Assembly: GCA_900550745.1 (NCBI GenBank)
Contig: URTO01000001.1
Span: 1-34,722, forward strand
Direction: 5' to 3'
Source: an uncultured Desulfovibrio sp.
Lineage (GTDB): Bacteria; Desulfobacterota; Desulfovibrionia; Desulfovibrionales; Desulfovibrionaceae
Length of the DNA: 34,722 bases
Shown one piece after another: positions 1 to 7,343 of this stretch. The notes beneath the pieces were generated by a model. It ran no database searches. It was not told the DNA's origin and saw only the letters and a program-made list of their open reading frames with translations. Made by a program: the position numbers and the translations under genes. Numbering within the stretch: position 1 is the first letter of the stretch; every line of letters starts with the position of its first letter.

Positions 1-32
1 ATGAAACAACCATATCCCATGACAGAGCCTTA

Positions 33-146
33 GGTTGTGTCGTCATTTATACGTAACTATTTGAAGCCATTGAAAACAACTTTTTTCGTGGCTTGAAAAA
101 ATAGTTAATTGGTTTCAATAGATTATATCTAATTGGCGACACGACC
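33..146. mobile_element. MITE-like / IS-scar element with long imperfect terminal inverted repeats
   Basis: 31-71 matches the reverse complement of 108-148 at 29/41 positions, and 13 of the outer 15 (taggttgtgtcgtca vs taggtcgtgtcgcca). The element has GG...CC ends, TA on both flanks (31-32, 147-148), an AT-rich interior and no transposase. Confidence 0.5.
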
Positions 147-153
147 TAGATAT

Positions 154-199
154 AAAAAACATAAAGAGGGCTTTGACTATGCAAATTCTCTGGGCCCTC
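154..199 (-). terminator. Possible intrinsic terminator after tonB
   Basis: Minus strand reads GAGGGC...TTTG-CATAGT-CAAA-GCCCTC followed by TTTATGTTTTTT. The stem needs an 8-nt bulge, so the call is weak. Confidence 0.35.
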
Positions 200-208
200 A
201 TAAAGCCA

Positions 209-961
209 TCATCTGAGCGAAAAATTAAATGGAATCAACACCACAGTATTGACGGGACGCCCCTGTATTTTCCCCGGAATGAACCGCATGCTGCGGGCGG
301 CGGAGAGCGCGGCCTCCTCAAAGTGGCCGGTGGGCTCCGCGCTCCTGATCTTGCAGGACTGGGGCTTTCCCTCCGTATCGACGACAAGCTGGACGACGAC
401 CCTTCCTGAAAGGCCAAGCCGCCTTGCTTTCCGCGGGTATTCGACCCGTGCGCTTTTGACCACGGACGGACGTTGATCGACGTCATCCGTTTCGTAGGCC
501 ATGAGCCCACCTATGCGGCTGGGACGGGGCGCTCCCGATGCGTGTCCTGAAGCCGGGGCCTCCGAGGCGGCCTGCGGCAGGGCGGCTGGCCTCGGTGCGG
601 CGGGGGGAGGCGGGGGCGTTTTGGCCTTCCGGGGAACAGCCGTTTCCTTTTTCTTGCGCGGGCTGATCTTGGGCGTTTTGGGCGGTTCCTTTTTGGGCTC
701 CGGCTTTACCTCCGGTTCGGGGGTGGGCGGCACGGGTTCCGGCTCGGAGGCTGGGGGCGGCACCGGCTCGGCGGCGGGAGCAGGCGGGGCGGCAGGGGGG
801 GGAGCGGGAACAGCCAGTTCCGCCAACGCGACATGGTAGACCTGTTCTTCCGGCACCGTGTCCCCCTGAGCCGAAAAGCAGTACAGCCCTCCGAAAAGCG
901 CGGCGTGAAAACCTACCGAAAACAAAAAGGTGGAGGTACGGACGGCATGCCGCATGATCAC
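209..961 (-). CDS. tonB: Energy transducer TonB
   Basis: N-terminal TM with SxxxH (FSVGFHAALF), long Pro/Glu/Lys-rich linker, and TonB C-terminal domain (YPRKARRLGLSGRVVVQLVVD...FIPGKIQGRPV...FSLR). ATGA overlap with the exbD stop. Confidence 0.92.
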   Translation of the reverse strand: MIMRHAVRTSTFLFSVGFHAALFGGLYCFSAQGDTVPEEQVYHVALAELAVPAPPPAAPPAPAAEPVPPPASEPEPVPPTPEPEVKPEPKKEPPKTPKISPRKKKETAVPRKAKTPPPPPAAPRPAALPQAASEAPASGHASGAPRPSRIGGLMAYETDDVDQRPSVVKSARVEYPRKARRLGLSGRVVVQLVVDTEGKPQSCKIRSAEPTGHFEEAALSAARSMRFIPGKIQGRPVNTVVLIPFNFSLR

Positions 962-1416
962 TCGCCCTTCCCCGCCGCCAGTGGGAGAGGCGCCCCTTCG
1001 GGCTCCGGCTGCCCTTCGGCAGAGAGCGTCACCAACCCCACGTCCTTGATGCCCGCCTTGCGTATCTTGCCCATGACGCTCATCACAATGCCGTAAGGGA
1101 CGTTCTGATCCGCGCGGACGAACAGTTGCCGCTGCGGGAGGCGCACATTGGTTTCAAGAACCGAAGGCAAGTCCGGCAGGGTCGTTTCGTACTCGTCCAA
1201 GAACACGGCCCCGTTATCCTTGATGGTCAGCATGACGTGATCATTTTCCGTGGGCAGCGTCTCCGAGGCTTCGACCTTGGGCAGTTCGACGTCCAGCCCC
1301 TCGGTCATCATGGGGGCCGTCACCATGAAAATGATCAGCAGGACGAGCATCACGTCCACGAACGGCGTGACGTTGATTTCGGAAACAAAATCGTCGGATG
1401 TCGAGACGCCCGCCAT
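958..1416 (-). CDS. exbD: ExbD/TolR family protein
   Basis: EINVTPFVDVMLVLLIIFMVTAPM signature and RADQNVPYG motif. Start taken as ATG 1416, directly after the exbB stop, with GGAGG upstream. Confidence 0.9.
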   Translation of the reverse strand: MAGVSTSDDFVSEINVTPFVDVMLVLLIIFMVTAPMMTEGLDVELPKVEASETLPTENDHVMLTIKDNGAVFLDEYETTLPDLPSVLETNVRLPQRQLFVRADQNVPYGIVMSVMGKIRKAGIKDVGLVTLSAEGQPEPEGAPLPLAAGKGE

Positions 1417-1417
1417 G

Positions 1418-2104
1418 CTACTTCCCTCCGGCGAACGGCAGGCCGTCCGGGTGGCTGCCCGCCTCGTGCTGCATCCTGTTGAGAAGCTGCCCCGCGAACG
1501 TGATGCACTGGCTTTCAATGGCCGTCAGCTTCGCGCGGAAGACGTTGTAGCCGCATGTTGCAGGAATGGCCACGAACAGGCCCACGGCCGTGGCGATGAG
1601 CGCCTCGGCTATGCCGGGGGCCACCGTCGCCAGCGAGACGCTTTTCATCCTGGCGATGGCCTGGAACGAATACATGATCCCCCACACCGTACCGAACAAG
1701 CCGATGAACGGGGCCGTGTTAGCGGCGGTCGCAAGCAGGGCGAGGGACGACTTCAGGCTGCCCATCTCCTCGGCTATGCCGAAATGCAGGGCGCGGCGCA
1801 CATTGTCGTTGAGGAGCTTCTCGGCGTCTCCCGTCCTGTTAATGCGGTTGAACTCCCGCACGCCTCTCCGGGTAATCCCGAACAGGGGGGAACGGGCGTT
1901 CCGCTCCAGCGCGGGGAGGGCCGACATAAGATCGTCGGCGTCAATCGTCTCTAGGCCGCGCGCGACATCCTTCTGCGCCGTCCGCAGGCAAACCCATTTG
2001 CCCAACATATAGGCCCAACTGACCACAGACATGAGCAGCAGCAGGGCGAGAACAGCCTTAGAAACGATGGATGCCTGCAAAATGGCGTGGATTATCGTGT
2101 CCAC
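1418..2104 (-). CDS. exbB: MotA/TolQ/ExbB proton channel protein
   Basis: TAPFIGLFGTVWGIM and VAPGIAEALIATAVGLFVAIPA motifs. Start taken as GTG 2104 with AAGGGAG SD. Named exbB from its context with tonB. Confidence 0.88.
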   Translation of the reverse strand: MDTIIHAILQASIVSKAVLALLLLMSVVSWAYMLGKWVCLRTAQKDVARGLETIDADDLMSALPALERNARSPLFGITRRGVREFNRINRTGDAEKLLNDNVRRALHFGIAEEMGSLKSSLALLATAANTAPFIGLFGTVWGIMYSFQAIARMKSVSLATVAPGIAEALIATAVGLFVAIPATCGYNVFRAKLTAIESQCITFAGQLLNRMQHEAGSHPDGLPFAGGK

Positions 2105-2182
2105 AACAAGACTCCCTTTCTGGAAATGCCGTTTGGGGCCGGGGCGATTCCGAACGACTGCGGAATCCGGCGGAAACAATGG

Positions 2183-2225
2183 AGAGAAAAAGGCAGCACG
2201 CCTTCCGGCACGCCGCCTTTTCTCT
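2183..2225 (-). terminator. Intrinsic terminator-like hairpin after the TonB-dependent receptor gene
   Basis: Minus strand AGGCGGCGTGCC-GGAA-GGCGTGCTGCCT (12-bp stem with three G-U pairs, GNRA loop) followed by TTTTCTCT. Confidence 0.7.
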
Positions 2226-2241
2226 GGAATCACATGGGAAA

Positions 2242-4347
2242 TCAGAACCGGTAGGTTACGCCGCCGCCGAAGCCGATGCCCTCGGTCGCGACCCAATAGG
2301 CCCCGCCGAAGCTTCCGACGTAGTCGTACCGCTTGTCAAACATATTGTTGACGTATCCATAGATGTCGAAGTCGCCGATTTCATAGCCGATACGGGCGTT
2401 CACCAGCGTATGGGACGGGATATGCCCGCTGTTGTCCGTGTTCAGATAGGCCTTGGTCGCGCCGGTCACGTCCCAGCGGGTATAGAAACCGGACTCGTGG
2501 CGATAGGAAAGGCCCGCGCTGTACGTCCATTCGGGGACGTACGGAACGTGGTTGTTGTTGAGATCGCCGTAGAATTCATCGACGATGTTGTCGAAGCGCA
2601 GATGGGTGTAGCCGGCGGAAGCGAAAAGTTCCAGATTCGGCAGGAGGGCGTACGTGGCTTCGACTTCGGCGCCAAGAGCCCACGGGTTGCCGGCGTTCTG
2701 GATGAAGCCGCTCATTCCGGCAGTGTACATTTCAACCTGCATCCCGTTGTACTTGTTCGCGAACAAGGCTGCATTCAGGCGAAGGCGATCTTGCAGGAAA
2801 AGGTTCTTGGAGCCGATTTCAAAGGCATAGACGTGTTCTTCGTCATACTTCTCGTGCCCCGGCGTGGCGTAGGCCGCGTCAAAGCCGCCGGCTTTGTAGC
2901 CTTCGGAGAAGCTGGCGTAGACCATGTTCTTGTCAGTGAGCGCGTATTCAAGGGCCACCTTGGGGGAGAAGTTCGTCCACGAATCGCTGCCGTGGTAGCT
3001 CCTGGCAGTCATGTTTACCAGATCGGAATGGGTGGTCGTGTTGTAGTAGTCGAAGCGCCCGCCGAGCGTCAGCGCCCAGCGTTCCGCGAAGGGCAGCTTC
3101 ACTTGGCCGAACAGGGCGTAGGAATTGGTGATGTCACGCGCATCAACCTTCGGGAATCCCGACGTATAATAGTCGTACCGGATGCGGCGATCCGTATTGG
3201 CATAGGCCAGACCCATTACCGCATTCATGCCGTCCTTGTCGTAGGCGAGCCGGAATTCCTGCCCGAAATCGTAGAATCCGCTCTTGTTGTGGTCTTCCAT
3301 CCCGTAGGAATCGCCTATGAGATTCGGCGTGAAGTCGTAGTCGATGTCAAAGTCGATGTCGTATTCGCTGCGCGTCGTGACGGAGGTAAACGTCCAGTTG
3401 GGGGAAATGTCGTATTTGACGCTCAGGGCCTGCTCGTTGTGCGCCGACTTGTTGAAGCCGGGATCGTTGGAATTGACGTGCCGTTTCTGCGTCGTGCCGC
3501 CGGCAGCCTCAAACATGCCCTGCGTCATGCCGGGCATCATCGCCTCGTACTGCGAGAACGAATTGGGCGAATACATGCCGAACGTGCCCTCATCGTACTT
3601 CGTCATGCCCACCTGAAAATTGATGTCCAGATCGTCCGTGGGCGTCAGGCGGAAACCCAACCGCCCGGTGTAGTTCTTCTTGTCGTCGATGTACTGCCCG
3701 TTATAGTCGTTCATGACCTCGCCGCGCTGCGAGAAGAACTGGAAGGAACCGTTCGCGAACAGAACGTCCTTCACAACCGGGCCGGACAGGGCCACCGTCG
3801 TCTTGACGTGCTGTTTGTTGCCGTACTCAAACCCAATTTCGCCGTGCGGATCATTGGAGGGCTTCTTGGTCGTGATCTTGATGACGCCGCCGCTGGCGTT
3901 GCGGCCGTACAGCGTCCCCTGCGGCCCGCGCAGCACTTCGATGGACTCGATGTTGTAAAGCTGCGCGTCGTACCCGGAGGTGTTCGTCAGCGGGACGTCA
4001 TCAATATAGGTGATGACGGACGGAACATAGCTGTGGGCGATGGACGCCGACCCCCGAAGCGTGGGGAACTGCATGATGGAAAGGCCGCCGGTGGGGATCG
4101 TCAGGTTCGGGATGCGCGAGGAAAGATCGCCGAGCGTGCTCACCCCCGACTCGCGCACTTCGTCCTCGTTCATGACGGAAACGCTGGAAGGAACCTTTTG
4201 CAGATCCTCCCTGACCTTGTTCGCCGTAACGGTAACCTCAGGCAGCACGAGCTCATCGTCAGCCTGCGCCCCGCCTGCCCAGCACCCCGCCGCCATGCAC
4301 AGGCCGCACAGGGCGGTTGCAACCACTTTCCTCTTCTTTCTTGCCAT
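2242..4347 (-). CDS. TonB-dependent outer-membrane receptor (FyuA/Psn-like siderophore receptor)
   Basis: Signal peptide, TonB box (EVTVTA), plug motif IESIEVLRGPQGTLYGRNASGGVI, barrel motifs (GYKAGG, NMFDKRY) and C-terminal Phe. GAGGAG SD. Confidence 0.93.
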   Translation of the reverse strand: MARKKRKVVATALCGLCMAAGCWAGGAQADDELVLPEVTVTANKVREDLQKVPSSVSVMNEDEVRESGVSTLGDLSSRIPNLTIPTGGLSIMQFPTLRGSASIAHSYVPSVITYIDDVPLTNTSGYDAQLYNIESIEVLRGPQGTLYGRNASGGVIKITTKKPSNDPHGEIGFEYGNKQHVKTTVALSGPVVKDVLFANGSFQFFSQRGEVMNDYNGQYIDDKKNYTGRLGFRLTPTDDLDINFQVGMTKYDEGTFGMYSPNSFSQYEAMMPGMTQGMFEAAGGTTQKRHVNSNDPGFNKSAHNEQALSVKYDISPNWTFTSVTTRSEYDIDFDIDYDFTPNLIGDSYGMEDHNKSGFYDFGQEFRLAYDKDGMNAVMGLAYANTDRRIRYDYYTSGFPKVDARDITNSYALFGQVKLPFAERWALTLGGRFDYYNTTTHSDLVNMTARSYHGSDSWTNFSPKVALEYALTDKNMVYASFSEGYKAGGFDAAYATPGHEKYDEEHVYAFEIGSKNLFLQDRLRLNAALFANKYNGMQVEMYTAGMSGFIQNAGNPWALGAEVEATYALLPNLELFASAGYTHLRFDNIVDEFYGDLNNNHVPYVPEWTYSAGLSYRHESGFYTRWDVTGATKAYLNTDNSGHIPSHTLVNARIGYEIGDFDIYGYVNNMFDKRYDYVGSFGGAYWVATEGIGFGGGVTYRF

Positions 4348-4410
4348 GATGTCAACTCCTCAAACGAAAATATACCAAGCACAGTAGGGTAGGATTCCAC
4401 GCAATACAGT

Positions 4411-4445
4411 ACCTGAACGGGCCAAAAACAGACCCTATCGGGCCA
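4411..4445 (-). promoter_or_regulatory. Tandem direct repeat with 21-bp period, candidate AraC-family operator
   Basis: acctgaacgggcca (4411-4424) and accctatcgggcca (4432-4445) are 11/14 identical. They lie about 65-100 bp upstream of the receptor start. Confidence 0.5.
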
Positions 4446-4528
4446 TTCCTTTCCAGAGAGCCCGGCCCCGGTATGGGCGCATCAAAAGAGCGCCTCACGG
4501 GGCCGCGGTTTTCAGCCGTCGCGCCGGA

Positions 4529-4616
4529 GGCGTTTCACGCCGCGCGGCGGCCCTCCCGGTGGAAGAAGTGGGGCGGGATCACGACCGGGCGTTTCATGCC
4601 GCACGGCGGCCTTCCC
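4529..4616. repeat. 29-bp imperfect direct repeat pair separated by 30 bp
   Basis: ggcgtttcacgccgcgcggcggccctccc (4529-4557) vs ggcgtttcatgccgcacggcggccttccc (4588-4616), 26/29 identical. Confidence 0.8.
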
Positions 4617-5468
4617 CTAGCGGCACTCCTTGGGAGGAACGCCGAAATAGCGCGAGAAGGCCCGGCTGAAATGGCTGGGATTCGCATAGCCGACCCGGTA
4701 GGCCACTTCGGCCACGTTGTACTTGCTTTCCTCAAGCAGTTTGCGGGCCTCGCTCATCCGGTGCCGTTGGAACGACGAAAAGATCGAAGCCCCATACATG
4801 GATCGGAACGTCCTCTTGAGGCTGCTCTCGCTCATGCCGACGGACTTGGCGAGCTGGCTGATGGAGAAAGGCTGCTCAAGGTTGTCGCGCATCATCTGCC
4901 ACGCGCGGGCGACCTTGCTGTGAAGGGCGCACGCCTCGCAGCAGCATTCGTTCTGGACGAAATACAGGGACAGGTATTCGAGGGTCAGCTCCATCCCCTT
5001 CAGCTCCAGATACGTCTGGCGCATGGGCCCCTTGAACGGGCAGCTCAGTATCTGTCCCGAAAGCAATTGGGCCGTCACGCTGGCCGGGGCCGCATACAGG
5101 AAGGGTTCGGGCTTTTTCCTCAGCAGGCACTTGGCCTTGCGGTTGAGCGTGATCTTCTCGTTGTCGAGCAGGCCGAGCACATTCATGTGCGAAACGGTCA
5201 GGCCGAGAAAGCATGTGGGGCAATGGCGGAACCCTCTGACGCAATACCCCATCTCTCCTCCGAAAACGCAGGTCGTATGCTGCGGAAGCCGTTCGGAACG
5301 CGACTCCGTATCGGCGGACAGCTCCCCTTCGATCACATAGCCGAACCCGACATGCTCATTGAGCTTTTCGGGCTCGTACAACGTCAGCGGTTCGAGGCTC
5401 GGTTTTACGATTGCGATGTTGATGCCAAAACGATTGTTCCCATCCAGAATCGTCGTAACAGTGGACAT
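4617..5468 (-). CDS. AraC-family transcriptional regulator (PchR/YbtA-like)
   Basis: C-terminal double HTH (SISQLAKSVGMSESSLKRTF...VAEVAYRVGYANPSHFSRAFSRYFGVPP) and YLELKGMEL segment. Start chosen at ATG 5468, downstream of the Fur-like box. The ORF is open to 5555. Confidence 0.9.
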   Translation of the reverse strand: MSTVTTILDGNNRFGINIAIVKPSLEPLTLYEPEKLNEHVGFGYVIEGELSADTESRSERLPQHTTCVFGGEMGYCVRGFRHCPTCFLGLTVSHMNVLGLLDNEKITLNRKAKCLLRKKPEPFLYAAPASVTAQLLSGQILSCPFKGPMRQTYLELKGMELTLEYLSLYFVQNECCCEACALHSKVARAWQMMRDNLEQPFSISQLAKSVGMSESSLKRTFRSMYGASIFSSFQRHRMSEARKLLEESKYNVAEVAYRVGYANPSHFSRAFSRYFGVPPKECR

Positions 5469-5481
5469 AGTTCGCCTAATT

Positions 5482-5502
5482 TGAAAAAGAATTTCATTAT
5501 CA
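5482..5502 (-). promoter_or_regulatory. Fur-box-like operator upstream of the AraC gene
   Basis: Minus strand TGATAATGAAATTCTTTTTCA. The core 19-mer matches GATAATGATAATCATTATC at 15/19. It is an AT-rich patch in GC-rich DNA. Confidence 0.75.
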
Positions 5503-5544
5503 ATGTTGCTGAACTCGTTACCTCGAATATCCGTTTTCTCCGGC

Positions 5545-5576
5545 CGGCCCGGCATCCCTCCCCAGATGCCGGGCCG
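5545..5576. other. Perfect 12-bp stem-loop after the ABC pair
   Basis: cggcccggcatc-cctcccca-gatgccgggccg. No U-tract follows on the minus strand, so it is a pause or mRNA-stability hairpin rather than a classic terminator. Confidence 0.55.
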
Positions 5577-5603
5577 CAGTCGCCCGGTTATGCCTTTTGG
5601 CGC

Positions 5604-7343
5604 CTAGGCCTTCAGCTTCCACGACTTGACGGAGGATTCCCTTTCCCAAAGCTGCCTGTACAGGCCGCCCTTCGCCAGCAGCGCGTCGTGCGTCCCCCGC
5701 TCGACGGGCTTGCCCGCATCCATGACAAGGATCTGATCGGCATGGCGGATATGGTTCAGCGTATGCGCCACCATGATGACCGTCTTGCGGCGGGTCAGCA
5801 CGGAAAGCCCCTGCTGGATGGCCCATGCGTTTTCAGGGTCGACGCTCGAAAACGCCTCGTCGAGCAGGACGACCGAGGCATCCTTCAAAATGGCCCGCGC
5901 GATGGACACGCGCTGCCGTTCCCCCCCGGACAGCGTGCACCCGCCCTCGCCCACAAGGGTGTCGTACCCTTCCGGCAAGGCCATGATGAAGTCATGGCAT
6001 CCGGCGGCCTTCGCCGCTTCGATGATCGCTTCGGGCGACGCGTCCGGCCTCCCCATGCGGATGTTTTCCCTGATGGTGCCCGCGAACAGGTACACGTCCT
6101 GAAACACCACGGAAAACTCGGCCATCAAATCCTTCTGCGGGATGTCCCGGACGTCGATCCCGCCCAGCGACACCGCGCCGCCCTGCACGTCCCAGAACCG
6201 GGCCAGCAGCATGAGAAGCGTGGTCTTGCCGCTCCCTGAGTGGCCCACCACCGCCGTCAGCGTGCCGGGGCGGAACTCGGCGGTCACGCCATCGACGGCG
6301 GGAGCCTGCCCGTCCTTGTAGGCGAAGGTGGCCAGCTCCATGCCGGGGCCGCCTTCTCCAGGCTTGGAGCGGCCCTCGTCCGCCATCACCGGCAGGGAAT
6401 GCAGGCTTTCGATATGGTCAAGGCTCAGCGAGATGATGTTCAAGATGCCGAACTCGCCGAGAAGCGCCTCCACCGGCTGGTAATAGGTGCCGCTGATGAT
6501 GGCGAAGAACAGGAAGACCGGTAGCGAGATCAGCCCGTTCAGGTAGAAGATCAGGCCGCACAGGAAGATCAGCCCCATCCCGATTCGGATAAAGAGCTGA
6601 TACAGCACCATCGGCCGCATGGCCTTGAGTTCGTACGCTGCGGCAGCATCTCGGTACCGTTCCAGATGGCCCGATATCTCCTTGAAGACATGCTCTCCCA
6701 TCCGGTAGGAGCGGATCGTCTCCATGCCCGAAACGTATTCCAAAACCGCACCGATGAGGCCCTGCTCCATTTCCTGCCGCTTTTCCCCGGCGGTTTTGAA
6801 GGCCCGCTTCGTCGAGTTGTACACGAACCACGCCGGGACAAACCCGACCATCGCGATGATCGCCAGCCGGAAATCCATGAAGAGCATGATGATGGAAAGG
6901 CAGGCCACGGACGTCATGCCCGCGATGAAGTTCGCGGCGGTGGCCATGCAGCGCATCTCCACGAAGCTCATGTCGTTCGTGAAAATCGAGGTCAGGCCCC
7001 CCAGCCGTTCCGCCTGAAAAGCGCCCAGCGGCAGCTTGACCAGCCGCCCGCTCTCCCTGATCCGCACGTCCCGCATGATTTCGTACCCGGCGGCGGCCTG
7101 AAGCCTGGTCACCTGATATTCAAGGGCGTAGCGCAGCACGAGGAGCCCCGCCATGCACAGGCTGCATTGCAGCAGCGTGCCCATGCCGAAGGTTCCGTCC
7201 ACAAGGCTGACGATCGCCGCCATGACGAACAGGTACATGCCGCCCGTGCAGCAGTTCTGAAGAATATTCAGCACCACCGCGGTGAGCAGCGTCTTCCGCC
7301 TGTCCCCCGCCAGCACGAAGATACGGCGAATCATCTCAATCAT
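5604..7343 (-). CDS. ABC transporter, fused permease/ATPase (YbtQ/IrtB-like)
   Basis: Multi-TM N-half, Walker A GHSGSGKTT, signature LSGGERQR, Walker B VLLDE, H-loop VAH. ATG 7343 with GGAGG SD overlaps the partner gene stop. Confidence 0.9.
   Translation of the reverse strand: MIEMIRRIFVLAGDRRKTLLTAVVLNILQNCCTGGMYLFVMAAIVSLVDGTFGMGTLLQCSLCMAGLLVLRYALEYQVTRLQAAAGYEIMRDVRIRESGRLVKLPLGAFQAERLGGLTSIFTNDMSFVEMRCMATAANFIAGMTSVACLSIIMLFMDFRLAIIAMVGFVPAWFVYNSTKRAFKTAGEKRQEMEQGLIGAVLEYVSGMETIRSYRMGEHVFKEISGHLERYRDAAAAYELKAMRPMVLYQLFIRIGMGLIFLCGLIFYLNGLISLPVFLFFAIISGTYYQPVEALLGEFGILNIISLSLDHIESLHSLPVMADEGRSKPGEGGPGMELATFAYKDGQAPAVDGVTAEFRPGTLTAVVGHSGSGKTTLLMLLARFWDVQGGAVSLGGIDVRDIPQKDLMAEFSVVFQDVYLFAGTIRENIRMGRPDASPEAIIEAAKAAGCHDFIMALPEGYDTLVGEGGCTLSGGERQRVSIARAILKDASVVLLDEAFSSVDPENAWAIQQGLSVLTRRKTVIMVAHTLNHIRHADQILVMDAGKPVERGTHDALLAKGGLYRQLWERESSVKSWKLKA

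Noticed and set aside
1..33. Tiny plus-strand ORF MKQPYPMTEP
   Set aside because: Ten codons at the window edge. It cannot be distinguished from chance or from the tail of a gene outside the window.
560..815. Low-complexity G-rich stretch
   Set aside because: It encodes the Pro-rich TonB linker on the minus strand.
958..2104. Tol-Pal (tolQ/tolR) assignment
   Set aside because: The genes are followed by a TonB-type protein and preceded by a TonB-dependent receptor, with no tolB or pal in the window.
4529..4616. Calling the 29-bp repeat pair a CRISPR array
   Set aside because: Only two non-identical repeats, no AT-rich leader and no cas genes in the window. Kept only as an unexplained repeat.
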